From assembly GCA_018676675.1 (NCBI GenBank), contig JABHEG010000064.1, positions 26,211 through 90,210 on the forward strand: DNA of 64,000 nt. The letters run 5' to 3'. Positions 27,997 through 38,310 of the stretch are shown here, piece by piece; within the stretch, counting starts at the first letter, position 1, and the number at the start of each line of letters is the position of its first letter. The notes under the pieces are model-generated. The model did not search any database, had not been told where the DNA came from, and worked only from the letters and a program-made list of their open reading frames with translations. Source of the DNA: Lentisphaerota bacterium (GTDB lineage: Bacteria; Verrucomicrobiota; Lentisphaeria; Oligosphaerales; JABHEG01). The translations under genes were made by a program, and so were the position numbers.

Positions 27997-29775
27997 GTGG
28001 TGGGTAAGACCCAGTTAGATCTGGGGTTCATGGAGCAAATCCGGGACTGGTTCCTCTCTCAGCAGTCGAATCAGTTCCTGGTGACAGGCAACGTTCTCGA
28101 CGTCCTGCGCTGTCCATGGCTGTCTCGGGAAGAACAGCTGTCCGACGCGAACTACGTGTCTCTCCCCGACTATTTGACCACGCGCCTCTCCATGAAGCAG
28201 CGGGTGATCATCACCTTCAACATTGCTCGTGGACTGACCTTCGCAGACGACGCGTCCCATGACATAGCCCGGCGCATCTATCTGTCCCGCTTCGAGCCGG
28301 AGGACGTAGAAGACGCGGAGGAGCGATTCAACGACGTGGTCGCACGCAGCGCAAGCTGGACGTTCCCCGCCCTGGTCCTGTTGCGCAAGCTCTGCGAAGC
28401 TTCCTCGCAACCCCCGCGCCCCAAAGGGGCATCCATCGCCGTGATCATCGAACATGCAGAGAGTCTGCTCCCAAACCTCCCCATTGCCCGCATGGGCGAC
28501 ACCGACCGGCAGCGACTCGTCTTCTTCAAGGAATGGCTGACAGAACGCGGATTCGTGATGTCAGACCACCTGCTGGTGCTCGTGTCCGAGACGGCCAGTG
28601 CGGTCAATGAATCGCTCAGATCCCTCCCTCATCTCGTGACCATCAATATTCCCCTTCCTGAGGAGGACGAACGTCGACGTTTCATTCAGTGGTGCCTGCG
28701 GCGCAATCCCGGGCTTCAGTTGGTCGGCACGCAGAAGGAGTTCGCCCGAATCAGCGCAGGAATGACACTGATGGGCATTGAGCAGACGATTCGGCTGGCC
28801 CAGTACAGACGCGGGAAACTGACCCGCGCGGACTTTGTTGCCTGCCTCAAACGGCTCCTGGTAAGCCGGATCGGTGACCACGTTGAGCTGGTCGAGCCCC
28901 AACATACGCTCGCAGACGTCCTGGGGAACGCCGCTCTGAAGAGCCAGCTCAAGCGCATCACAACGGCCTTGGACCAAGGAGATCCAGGCACCGCTCCGGT
29001 CGGGATCCTGATGACCGGACCGAACGGCGTAGGAAAGACCTTTATCGCTCTTGCCTGGGCCCGGGAAAGTGGACGAACAGCCCTGATACTGCGGAATCTG
29101 CGCAGTTCCTTCTTCGGGGAGACCGATCAGATTTTCGAGAAGATCCGTCAAGTGCTTGAGGTCCTGGGCAATGTGATGATCCTGGTAGACGAAGCGGATA
29201 CGGTATTTGCCCGGCCGGGAGCCAACGTGCATGAGACCGAGCAGCGTCTCTTCGGTAACGTGATCCAGATGATGGGCGATCCTCAGAACCGGTCACGCAT
29301 CCTCTGGGTGCTGATGACGGCCCGCCCGGACAACCTGGCCCCGGACCTGAAACGCAGCGGGCGCTGTGGTCTCCACCTGCCGGTTTTCGATCCGGAGGAT
29401 TCGGATCGACGCCAGTTCGTGGAGGATCTCCTGGCACGGAACGGTGCCAGCATTGACGAAATGCCCACTGAGGGCCTGACAGAGTTCGAAGACCGGACAC
29501 GCGATTACAGCGCAGCAGACTTCCGCGAACTGGCGGCTGAGCTCAAAACCGAGGAGCTGGCTCTAGGGCATCCATTGGCGCCCGACGAGATCCTTGGTGT
29601 TGTGCGCGACATGCTGCCGGCCGAAGGTGGGCCTGAACGCCGAATGCAGACCCTTCAGGCGTTCATGCACTGCTCACGGAAATCACTCGTCCCGAAAAGC
29701 CTGCGCCATCTGGATCGCGAGACCGTAGCGCGTCAAGTTGCGACTATGCAGGGACACACCGACGACGGAGGATAG
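27997..29775 (+). CDS. Classic-clade AAA ATPase (Vps4/FtsH/CbbX/SpoVK-like single active module) with ~330-aa N-terminal domain of unknown function (possibly a degenerate AAA-like module)
   Basis: Walker A GILMTGPNGVGKTF, Walker B VMILVDEADTVF, sensor-1 VLMTARPDNLAPDL, arginine-finger-region RSGRCGLHL. 24 bp after pspA, with a GGAGG-like RBS. Confidence 0.7.
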   Translation: MVGKTQLDLGFMEQIRDWFLSQQSNQFLVTGNVLDVLRCPWLSREEQLSDANYVSLPDYLTTRLSMKQRVIITFNIARGLTFADDASHDIARRIYLSRFEPEDVEDAEERFNDVVARSASWTFPALVLLRKLCEASSQPPRPKGASIAVIIEHAESLLPNLPIARMGDTDRQRLVFFKEWLTERGFVMSDHLLVLVSETASAVNESLRSLPHLVTINIPLPEEDERRRFIQWCLRRNPGLQLVGTQKEFARISAGMTLMGIEQTIRLAQYRRGKLTRADFVACLKRLLVSRIGDHVELVEPQHTLADVLGNAALKSQLKRITTALDQGDPGTAPVGILMTGPNGVGKTFIALAWARESGRTALILRNLRSSFFGETDQIFEKIRQVLEVLGNVMILVDEADTVFARPGANVHETEQRLFGNVIQMMGDPQNRSRILWVLMTARPDNLAPDLKRSGRCGLHLPVFDPEDSDRRQFVEDLLARNGASIDEMPTEGLTEFEDRTRDYSAADFRELAAELKTEELALGHPLAPDEILGVVRDMLPAEGGPERRMQTLQAFMHCSRKSLVPKSLRHLDRETVARQVATMQGHTDDGG

Positions 29776-29780
29776 AACCA

Positions 29781-30181
29781 TGGAACTTGCCGATCCCAAA
29801 GTCATCTACGCCGACATCCTCATCGCGCTCGCCAATGCGGATGACATCGTTGACCCGCGAGAACGAGAGATGCTGGACGGAATTTTCACCCAAATGGGAT
29901 TGGGCGAAGAGACGGTCGCCAAGCTCTGGCTCACGCCGCGAACCCTCGATGTGGCCGAGGCGCTCCTTAAGGACATCACGGATGCTCGCTTCAAACGCTG
30001 TCTCCTGAAAGACTGCTACCTGCTTGCCTATGCCGATGAGGACATCGAGCCGGGCGAAAGCAAATTTATCAAGGCCATGCAGGGAGCGTCCGGTCTCGAT
30101 GATGACGTCGTGGATGCCATCGGGGAATGGGTGGAAACCGCGGTAGCGCAACAGCGCAAAGCCGCCGAACTTTTCGAATAG
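29781..30181 (+). CDS. TerB-like (tellurite-resistance TerB / DjlA-N fold) small protein
   Basis: MELADPKVIYADILIALANADDIVDPREREMLDGIFTQMGL...CYLLAYADEDIEPGESKFIKAM is a paired-helix TerB-like pattern. GGAGGA RBS 7 nt upstream. Starts 6 nt after the AAA gene stop. Confidence 0.5.
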
Positions 30182-30234
30182 ACGCACGTCCGTCAATCGC
30201 TCCGAGGACGCGCTACTGCGAAAGGACATGAAAC

Positions 30235-30903
30235 GTGGAGCTCTTCCAGACAATCACCAGTTCAGGGATGTTCCCCTACACGGTCCTGCTAGGCCTGATG
30301 GTGCTCTATTGGGTCGTGGTCATCATCGGGGCTATCGATATCGGCATTCTCGACTTCTTTGATTTCGGAGACCTGGGCGAGGCGGCCGAGGGAGCAGCGG
30401 AAGGTGTCGAGGCAGCGGGTGAAGCGGCCGAGGGCATGGACGGGGTATTCTCAGCAATCCTTGGCTTCCTGAGCTTGGGACAGGTACCGGTGACCGTGGT
30501 GCTGTCACTGTTGATCTTGAAGCTATGGTTCCTGGCGCTCCTCATGACGCTCTACCTACCGGCATCGCTGCGTGATGTCGTTCCGCCTCTCTTCCTGGGT
30601 GCGGCCGGCTTTGTCTTCGCGTTCATCGTGAGTGTGATGCTCACAGGCTTGACAGCTCGCCCGCTGCGGCGCGTGTTCAAGCGGAACCCGGTGCGAGGCC
30701 ATGCGCACCTGGTGGGCCAGATCTGCAAGGTCAAGAGTTCGCGTGTGACCGAGAAGTTCGGGCAAGCCGAACTGCGGGTGCGCAATTCATTCCTTCTCAT
30801 CGAAGTGAGGTCCAAAGAGGAAGAGGAACTCGAACGCGGACAGGAAGCGGTTATCGTGAGCTATGACCACGATCGCGATGTGTATCACGTTAGGGGGGTG
30901 TAA
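30235..30903 (+). CDS. NfeD-like (YuaF/YqiJ-like) membrane protein with C-terminal OB-fold, partner of SPFH proteins
   Basis: N-terminal TM helices (YTVLLGLMVLYWVVVIIGAI, VTVVLSLLILKLWFLALLMTL) and a C-terminal beta-rich domain (GQICKVKSSRVTEKFGQAELRVRNSFLLIEVRS...EAVIVSYDHDRDVYHVRGV). Directly upstream of a flotillin. Confidence 0.55.
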   Translation: MELFQTITSSGMFPYTVLLGLMVLYWVVVIIGAIDIGILDFFDFGDLGEAAEGAAEGVEAAGEAAEGMDGVFSAILGFLSLGQVPVTVVLSLLILKLWFLALLMTLYLPASLRDVVPPLFLGAAGFVFAFIVSVMLTGLTARPLRRVFKRNPVRGHAHLVGQICKVKSSRVTEKFGQAELRVRNSFLLIEVRSKEEEELERGQEAVIVSYDHDRDVYHVRGV

Positions 30904-30989
30904 TCGCGCAGTCCTGCGCAGGACTGCCGCAGACGTAATGAACCACAAGTTATCTGAGTAACTGGAAACGGAAAAGGAGAGATGGGGCA

Positions 30990-33011
30990 ATGAATGGAAT
31001 TGTGTTCGCAGGGATTCTCGGGCAGAGCATCGGCATGATGATTTTGGGAGGCGCACTAATTTTCGTGGGCTTGATGGTGCTGATCATGAAGTTCTACCGC
31101 AAGGTGGAACAGGGCAAAGCACTGATTGTCAACTGCTGGGGTGACAAGGTCACGGTTACGTTCACCGGTGGGGTGGTCTACCCAATCATTAACAAAGCCG
31201 AGGTCATGGATATCTCGGTGAAAGCGATGGAGATCGAGCGTGAAGGCAAGAACGGTCTGATTTGCGAGGACAACATCCGAGCAGACATCCGTGTGACCTT
31301 CTATGTGCGGGTGAACAAGACCGAGGACGATGTGCTGAAGGTCGCCCAGGCTGTGGGCTGTGCTCGAGCCTCGGCCCGAGAAACACTCGAAGAGCTCTTC
31401 CAAGCCAAATTCTCGGAAGCTCTGAAGACCGTCGGTAAACAGATGGGGTTCATCACTCTGTTCACCGAACGCGAGAGCTTCAAAGAACAGATCATCATGG
31501 TCATTGGGGAAGACCTGAACGGCTACAAGCTGGAAGATGTCGCTATCGACTACCTCGAACAGACCCCGCTGAGCTCGCTTGAGCCGGACAACATCCTGGA
31601 CTCCCAGGGCATCCGTAAGATCGTCGACCTCACCTCGACTGAGGCCATGGCCACGAACGAATTCCGACGGAACAAAGAGCGGGTGATCAAGCAACAGGAC
31701 GTTGAGACGCGAGAGAAGATCCTCGAGCTCGAGCGGCAGGAAGCCGACGCTGAAGCCAAGCAGCACCGTGAGATTGCAACCGTTCAGGCGCGGGAAACGG
31801 CGGAAGCAGAGAAGGTTCAGGCCGAGGAACGTCTCAAGGCTGAGCGAGCTCAGATCCAGACGGCCGAGGAATTGGCGGTCGCGGAACAGAACAAGGACCG
31901 CCAGGTCGAGGTCGCGGCCAAGGCCAAAGAACGCACGATCGCGGTTGAGACCGAGCGGGTCATTCGGGACCGCGAGCTGGAGGAGGTCGAGCGTGAACGC
32001 CTGGTGGCGCTGAAGTCGATCGAGAAGGAGAAAGCGGTCGAGATCGAGAAGAAGCAGATCCAGGATGTCATCCGTGAGCGGGTTATGGTCGAGCGGACCG
32101 TGGCTGAAGAACAAGAGAAGATCAAGGACACGGTTGAGATTGCGGGAGCTGAGCGTGAACGGAAAACACGCGTAATTGCCGCAGAGCGGGATGCCCAGGA
32201 GCTCGTGGTCAAAGAGGTGAAGGCAGCCGAAGCGAAAGAGGAAGCCGCGAAGAGCCTCTACGAAGAGCAGGTGACGATGGCGGAAGCTAGTCGCATCAAG
32301 GCTGAAAAGGAAGGCGAAGCGAAGAAGACACTCGCGGCAGGAACGGTGGCTGAGAAGTCGGCGGAAGGACTGGCCGACGTGCGGGTGCAGGAAGCGGAAG
32401 CAAACGCCATTGAGCTGCGCGGCAAGGCAGAAGCCGTAGCCCAGATCGAGGGCCACAAGGCCACGGCGTTCGGGACCGAGACGACCGGTGAAGCCAAAGC
32501 CAAGGCTATGACGCTGGAGTACCAGGCCGAGGCCACGGGCATCAACCAGAAGGCCGACGCCATGAAGCGGCTGGATGAGGTCGGACGTGACCACGAGGAG
32601 TTCAAACTCGAACTCACCAAGGAAGAGCGCGTCGAGCTGGCCACCATCGACGTCAACCGCCAGATCGCCGAGGCTCAGGCCACGGTGTTGGCAGAAGCCA
32701 TGAAGACCGCCAAGATCGATATCGTGGGCGGGGACGGCGAATTCCTCAAGAACTTCCTCCGCTCCGTCAGTCTGGCTAAGTCGGTCGATGAATTCGTGAG
32801 TAAGAGTGACGAAGCCCAGAAGCTGCTGGACGGAGATGACGGGAACATCGCGTCGCGGATGGCGGATGTCCTGTCCTCCGCGGGCATTGGCTCCGATGAC
32901 GTCCGCAACTTGAGTCTGGCCAACTTGATGGCCAAACTCGGCGAAACCAAAGGCGGTCCCCAGGCGATTGAAGGGCTGCGGGAAATGATGGTCGGCTGGC
33001 TCGAGAAGTAG
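30990..33011 (+). CDS. floT: Flotillin-like SPFH/band-7 protein (FloT/YuaG/YqiK-type) with long coiled-coil region
   Basis: N-terminal TM (FAGILGQSIGMMILGGALIFVGLMVLIMKF). SPFH domain (ALIVNCWGDKVTVTFTGGVVYPIINKAEVMDISVKAM...). Then ~350 aa EA-rich heptads typical of flotillins. Confidence 0.8.
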   Translation: MNGIVFAGILGQSIGMMILGGALIFVGLMVLIMKFYRKVEQGKALIVNCWGDKVTVTFTGGVVYPIINKAEVMDISVKAMEIEREGKNGLICEDNIRADIRVTFYVRVNKTEDDVLKVAQAVGCARASARETLEELFQAKFSEALKTVGKQMGFITLFTERESFKEQIIMVIGEDLNGYKLEDVAIDYLEQTPLSSLEPDNILDSQGIRKIVDLTSTEAMATNEFRRNKERVIKQQDVETREKILELERQEADAEAKQHREIATVQARETAEAEKVQAEERLKAERAQIQTAEELAVAEQNKDRQVEVAAKAKERTIAVETERVIRDRELEEVERERLVALKSIEKEKAVEIEKKQIQDVIRERVMVERTVAEEQEKIKDTVEIAGAERERKTRVIAAERDAQELVVKEVKAAEAKEEAAKSLYEEQVTMAEASRIKAEKEGEAKKTLAAGTVAEKSAEGLADVRVQEAEANAIELRGKAEAVAQIEGHKATAFGTETTGEAKAKAMTLEYQAEATGINQKADAMKRLDEVGRDHEEFKLELTKEERVELATIDVNRQIAEAQATVLAEAMKTAKIDIVGGDGEFLKNFLRSVSLAKSVDEFVSKSDEAQKLLDGDDGNIASRMADVLSSAGIGSDDVRNLSLANLMAKLGETKGGPQAIEGLREMMVGWLEK

Positions 33012-33022
33012 GACGATTGAAG

Positions 33023-36000
33023 ATGGCTGACGAAGAAACCAGACAGGACGTGGCCCAAAACCGGCAGGAAGAGGCAGCCGAGCAGCAGTCTCTCGAAGGC
33101 GGAGCATATGAGGTCCTCCGAAAACGCCTGGAGGCGTTGGACGGGGACCTATGCTCACGCCTCGAGAAACTCAACGTTGCCCGGAAGGAGGTGTTCGGGG
33201 GTAAGGAGTCCCAGGTCATTGGGAATGACAGGATCCCGACTGACAACAACTGTGTGCCACGGGACATCACAGGTGTCGGCGACTATGTCATCTTTGGTTA
33301 CAACGTCTTCATCGGTCTGCGGACCCAGACCAAGATTGGTGATGTGCTCAGCGTACACTTGCTGGAGGACACACACTTCCGTCACGTAGACAACGAGGTG
33401 CTGTCCGACCCGAGATTCGTCAAGGACTTCACCGAACTCTACACCTACTACAAGCATGCCCGCTTCCTTCAGTTTGTCCGGAAGACGGGGTCGCTCCTGA
33501 TCATCTTCCAGACCGGCGCAAGCCTGGACGACGTCTGCATATTCCGGTTCCAGGTCAACAAGGACGACACGGTTGAGTACATCGACAATCGGGGTGATAT
33601 CCACTACAAACTGCCGGCCCAGCATGAGTTTGAGTGGGTTAGTACGACCCGGGACAACCAGGTCCAGGGCATGCACCCCCACATCAGCGTTGACGACAGG
33701 GTGTTTGTCGAGTGCACGGAAGGTGACCTGACCATCAAGGTCGAGAACAACACCGAGACGGGCGAAGGCGTCTACTCAGAGCCGGTAGACAACAAGGACC
33801 AGACGCTGGACGATGCGGACATTCGGTACGCGATCGTCGGCGACCTGATTCTGTTCAGGATTCGGCCCTACCGTGAAGACCGCGACCGCCATCTTGTGTT
33901 CAACCAGAAGCGGCAGACTGCCGTCCGCATGGATTCCATCGCTCAAGCATGCATCCAGTTGCCTGAAGACCACGGCATCATTACCCCAAAGGGCTACTAC
34001 CTCCAGGATGGACGGCAGCGGGAATTCGATGAAAACGTCGAGGGGATGGGCTATCTCGAGTGCATCAAATCCCCCAACGGCGAGGACTTCCTTTACATCT
34101 TCTACCACGTCGCCCAGGGACGACACGTCCTGATCCAGTACAACCTCATCTCCAAAGAGCTGAGCACGCCGATCTTCTGTCACGGTTACTCCCTGTACGG
34201 CGATGGCCGGATGGTGCTCTTCAGTGCCCCGGACGAAGAGCCCAAGCGCATCCACCCAATGCAGGTTTGGCAGACTCCCTTCTACGCTGATACGCACGAG
34301 GTAACTCAGGACGCAGATTCGTTCCTGGGCAAGATCGGCAACCGGGCGTTGGTTCGCGGCATCTCCGAAGGGTACGCAATCAGTCGGCTCATCACGAGCA
34401 GCCACATCACTCTGGAGACATACCACGACTCGATCAGAGCCACCACGCACATGCTGGACGGCTACCATTGGCTGGGGCATGAGGACGTCTTCGATCTGCA
34501 AGGCGTGGTGCAGCAGGTGAAGGCAGCGGCCGTAGCCGCGGTAGACGAGTACGAGAAGGTCGTCACCATCAGGGAGAGCACGGAACAGCAGTTGCGCGAG
34601 AATGATGCCGCGGTCCGTGATTGTCTACTGACGTTCAGCATCGACCGCATGGAGTCCATCGATGATTATGTCAATGGACTGGCCGGGATCCGTTCGCGGC
34701 GTGGTCACATCATTTCTCTGCGAGAACTCCGCTACGTTGATCTAGAGCTGATTGATCGGCTCGATGGGAGGCTTGAGGAACGCAGCGGGGAGCTCGCCCT
34801 GTCATGCGTGGATTTCCTGCTCAGGCCGGACGCGCTGAAGCCCTACACCGCAGTGAACACCGAACTGGATGCCAAGCTGGAAGAGGTCGGCAAGATCGCC
34901 GATCTCAAACCCATTATCGAATCTCTCGAAGACTTGGCCGGCCGACTCGACCTGTTGACCGATATTGTCAATAATCTGGAGATCGACGACGCGACCAAGA
35001 CAACCCGGATTGTCGACAGCATCACCGACGTATACGCGGGGGTGAACCGCACGCGAGCCATGGCGCGGACACTGCGCCAGGACATTGGCAAGGTCGAAGC
35101 CAAAGCCGAATTCGCCGCCCAGTTCAAGCTGGTCAGCCAAAGCATCACCAACTACATCGGCATGTGCGACACGCCGGAGAAGTGTGACGAACTGCTGACC
35201 AAAGTGATGGTGACGGTTGAGGAACTCGAGGGACGCTTCGCTGACTACGAGGAATACGTCACACAGCTAGCCGAGAAACGTGAAGAGGCCTACACCGCCT
35301 TCTCCAGCCGAAAACAGGTACTGGATGAGGAAAGGAAGCGCCGCGTTTCCTCTCTCGTGTCATCGGCGGAACGCATCTTGAAAGGCGTGGTCAACCGAGC
35401 CGAGACATTCGAGAGCATTGATGAGGTGAATGCGTACTTCGCATCCGACCTCATGGTCTCGAAGGTGCGCGACGCCATCACCCGCCTCCATGAGATTGGG
35501 GACTCCGTCAAGGCCGATGACTTGACCGGCCGGCTGCGAAGCTCCAAAGATGAGCTTATCCGCCACCTCAGGGACAAGATCGACCTGTTCCAGGGCGGCG
35601 ACAACATCATCTCCTTCGGCGACTACCGATTCACCGTCAATACCCAGCCCCTCGAACTGACCACGGTGTATCGCGACGATGAGATGGTCTTCCATCTGAC
35701 CGGGACGGACTTCTACGAAGCCATCGAGGATCCTGAATTCCTGGCCACTCGCGACCTATGGCAGCAGCAACTCGTCAGCGAGAGCAGGGATGTGTACCGC
35801 GGGGAGTTCCTGGCCTACCAGATGCTGACTGCAGCCATCAATGGACAGTCAGGACTCTCAACCGGCCTGCTGACAGAAAAAGCTGAAGCAGAGGAATTGT
35901 TGCCGTTGGTGAGGGAGTTTTCCGCCGCTCTGTATGACGAAGGCTACGAGCGGGGTGTCCATGACCACGATGCTGGACTCATCCTTACCGCGATCATCCA

Positions 36001-38284
36001 GCTCTACAACACCTGCGAACTTTTGCGCTACGACTCCACCTCCCGTGGGCATGCGATCCTCTTCTGGTGCTTCTACGAGGGCGAGGACGTCAAGACCATG
36101 CTGCGCACACGCATGCGGAGTGTGGGGACGTTGCCCCGGATCTTCGGCCATGATGAACCCAATCTCGAGTACATTGAGGAAATCCGGAAGCGTGTCGAGG
36201 AGTTCCACCGTACCTTGGATCTGGACCTCGACGCCGCCACGCTGGCCCACTCGGCCGAGTATCTCTACTACGAGCTCCAGGATACACACGAACTGGAGTT
36301 CACCGTCAACGCACTGGCTCATCAGCTCCACCAGCGCTTCATCGGTGTGCTGCGCGGACGCAAGGCGTTGAAGCAGTTCGAGGAAGACATTGCAGCCGTT
36401 GACGAGGTCGCCAGACGCATCGATCTGATTGCCGACTGGGTGTCTGCCTTCATCCGCAAGGAGGAGCCTGAAGACAGCGCCCATTTCCTCTGGGAAGTGG
36501 TAGCACTCATTGCGGCCGGAGAAGTCATCAGCCGCGACACGACCGAAGTGACGACCTTTGCCGCGGTTAAGGGGGTTCTTGGCCAGCACCCGCTGATCCA
36601 TGACAAGACGCTTGACCTTCACTTTGATCGTTTCCTGATCAAGATGAAGCAGTTCGCCGAGTCCCGTGTGCCGACGTTCCGTACGTACGTGCATCTCCGG
36701 GCCGAACTCACCGAGAAGCGTCGGCGAGAGATGCGGCTGTCGGAGTTCCAGTCCAAGGTCATGGGCTCCTTCGTCCGCAACAAGTTGATTAACGATGTCT
36801 ATCTCAATCTGGTGGGTGCGAACTTCGCAAAGCAGATGGGTGTGGCCGGCGAAGCGAAGCGGACGGATTTGATGGGATTGCTGCTACTCGTCTCCCCGCC
36901 GGGGTATGGAAAAACGACCCTCATGGAATACGTGGCCAACCGACTGGGCCTGACCTTCATGAAAGTCAACGGCCCGGCAATCGGACACCAGGTGACCTCA
37001 CTGGATCCGGTCGAGGCCCCCAACGCGACCGCACGCGAAGAGCTTGGGAAACTGAATCTTGCCTTCGAGATGGGCAATAACATCATGATCTATCTCGATG
37101 ACATACAGCACCTGAACCCCGAACTCCTTCAGAAATTTATCTCCCTCTGTGACGCTCAGCGGAAGATCGAAGGCGTGTACCGCGGAGTCACGCGGACGTA
37201 CGATCTGCGTGGCAAGAAGGTCGCCGTGGTGATGGCCGGAAATCCATACACAGAGAGTGGCGAGAAGTTCAGGATCCCGGACATGTTGGCTAACCGGGCC
37301 GACACCTACAACCTCGGAGATATCAGCAGTACAGCCGCGGATGCGTTCGCGTTGAGTTTCGTCGAGAACGCCATGACCTCCAATCCCGTCCTCTCGAAAA
37401 TCGCTTCCCATGGGCATGAGGACATCTATCGTTTCATGGATGTCGTGCGGAAGGGGTCGCAGGAAGGCATCGAGTTCGACTACAGCTACTCAGCCGCGGA
37501 AGCCAAGGAGATCACCGATGTTCTCGCTAAGCTCTGCACGGTACGCGATGTCGTTCTTCGAGTTAACAGCCAGTACATCGCCTCTGCGGCTCAGGAGGAT
37601 GACTACCGCACGGAGCCGCCTTTCAGGCTTCAGGGCTCCTACCGGAACATGAATCGAATGGCGGAGAAGGTTTTCCCGGTCATGACCGACGAGGAAGTCA
37701 TTCAGGTCGTCTTCGACCATTACTACAATGAGGCTCAGACGCTCACGACCGGAGCCGAAAGCAATATCCTCAAGTTCAAGGAGATGATGCAGGCTCTGAC
37801 CGACGATGAGCAGGCTCGGTGGCAGGAGATCAGGACCGAGTTCGGTCGACGCCAAGTGCTGTCGGGAGTTGACGATACGGATGACCTGGGCAAGATTCTA
37901 GCCCAGCTCTCGGGCTTCAACGCAGGGATGGGGCGCATTCGGGACACGCTGAACAGCGGCCTTGGATCAGGTATGAAAGCCCTCACCGAGGCCGTTCAGA
38001 AGACGACCGAGAAGGGCCCTGATGAGGGACCGTCCATCGACCTGGCTCCCGTGGTCGAGGCTCTGCAGCAACTCCGGGACGCGCCAAAGCAGGACGCCCC
38101 TGCCACCCAGGCGCTGCCCGGCTACGACGAAGCGTTGGCAAAGCAAGTGTCACTGCTCGAGTGTCTCGTCCCCATGGTCGAGCACCTGGAGGAGCAGTCA
38201 ATCACGCACGTCCGCATCCGTGAGCTGATTGAGGGAATTCTCTCCGGAAACGTCGTCGTGGCCATGAACTCCGGCGGCCAGTAG
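33023..38284 (+). CDS. Giant (~1754 aa) protein: ~1250-aa N-terminal region with no recognisable domain + single C-terminal MoxR/AAA_5 (dynein-related)-type P-loop ATPase module
   Basis: Walker A LLLLVSPPGYGKTTLMEYVANRL, Walker B IMIYLDDIQHLNPE, sensor-1 VAVVMAGNPY, Arg MLANRADTYNLGD. Starts 11 nt after the flotillin stop, so it is probably translationally coupled. The longest-ORF TTG at 33017 was trimmed to the ATG at 33023. Confidence 0.7.
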   Translation: MADEETRQDVAQNRQEEAAEQQSLEGGAYEVLRKRLEALDGDLCSRLEKLNVARKEVFGGKESQVIGNDRIPTDNNCVPRDITGVGDYVIFGYNVFIGLRTQTKIGDVLSVHLLEDTHFRHVDNEVLSDPRFVKDFTELYTYYKHARFLQFVRKTGSLLIIFQTGASLDDVCIFRFQVNKDDTVEYIDNRGDIHYKLPAQHEFEWVSTTRDNQVQGMHPHISVDDRVFVECTEGDLTIKVENNTETGEGVYSEPVDNKDQTLDDADIRYAIVGDLILFRIRPYREDRDRHLVFNQKRQTAVRMDSIAQACIQLPEDHGIITPKGYYLQDGRQREFDENVEGMGYLECIKSPNGEDFLYIFYHVAQGRHVLIQYNLISKELSTPIFCHGYSLYGDGRMVLFSAPDEEPKRIHPMQVWQTPFYADTHEVTQDADSFLGKIGNRALVRGISEGYAISRLITSSHITLETYHDSIRATTHMLDGYHWLGHEDVFDLQGVVQQVKAAAVAAVDEYEKVVTIRESTEQQLRENDAAVRDCLLTFSIDRMESIDDYVNGLAGIRSRRGHIISLRELRYVDLELIDRLDGRLEERSGELALSCVDFLLRPDALKPYTAVNTELDAKLEEVGKIADLKPIIESLEDLAGRLDLLTDIVNNLEIDDATKTTRIVDSITDVYAGVNRTRAMARTLRQDIGKVEAKAEFAAQFKLVSQSITNYIGMCDTPEKCDELLTKVMVTVEELEGRFADYEEYVTQLAEKREEAYTAFSSRKQVLDEERKRRVSSLVSSAERILKGVVNRAETFESIDEVNAYFASDLMVSKVRDAITRLHEIGDSVKADDLTGRLRSSKDELIRHLRDKIDLFQGGDNIISFGDYRFTVNTQPLELTTVYRDDEMVFHLTGTDFYEAIEDPEFLATRDLWQQQLVSESRDVYRGEFLAYQMLTAAINGQSGLSTGLLTEKAEAEELLPLVREFSAALYDEGYERGVHDHDAGLILTAIIQLYNTCELLRYDSTSRGHAILFWCFYEGEDVKTMLRTRMRSVGTLPRIFGHDEPNLEYIEEIRKRVEEFHRTLDLDLDAATLAHSAEYLYYELQDTHELEFTVNALAHQLHQRFIGVLRGRKALKQFEEDIAAVDEVARRIDLIADWVSAFIRKEEPEDSAHFLWEVVALIAAGEVISRDTTEVTTFAAVKGVLGQHPLIHDKTLDLHFDRFLIKMKQFAESRVPTFRTYVHLRAELTEKRRREMRLSEFQSKVMGSFVRNKLINDVYLNLVGANFAKQMGVAGEAKRTDLMGLLLLVSPPGYGKTTLMEYVANRLGLTFMKVNGPAIGHQVTSLDPVEAPNATAREELGKLNLAFEMGNNIMIYLDDIQHLNPELLQKFISLCDAQRKIEGVYRGVTRTYDLRGKKVAVVMAGNPYTESGEKFRIPDMLANRADTYNLGDISSTAADAFALSFVENAMTSNPVLSKIASHGHEDIYRFMDVVRKGSQEGIEFDYSYSAAEAKEITDVLAKLCTVRDVVLRVNSQYIASAAQEDDYRTEPPFRLQGSYRNMNRMAEKVFPVMTDEEVIQVVFDHYYNEAQTLTTGAESNILKFKEMMQALTDDEQARWQEIRTEFGRRQVLSGVDDTDDLGKILAQLSGFNAGMGRIRDTLNSGLGSGMKALTEAVQKTTEKGPDEGPSIDLAPVVEALQQLRDAPKQDAPATQALPGYDEALAKQVSLLECLVPMVEHLEEQSITHVRIRELIEGILSGNVVVAMNSGGQ

Positions 38285-38310
38285 GGGAAACGACCGCTTA
38301 CATAGAAACC

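Noticed and set aside
31056-33158. 700-aa minus-strand ORF
   Set aside because: Antisense to the flotillin gene. The translation is L/R/G-rich low complexity (typical of the GC-rich antisense of an EA-rich coiled-coil).
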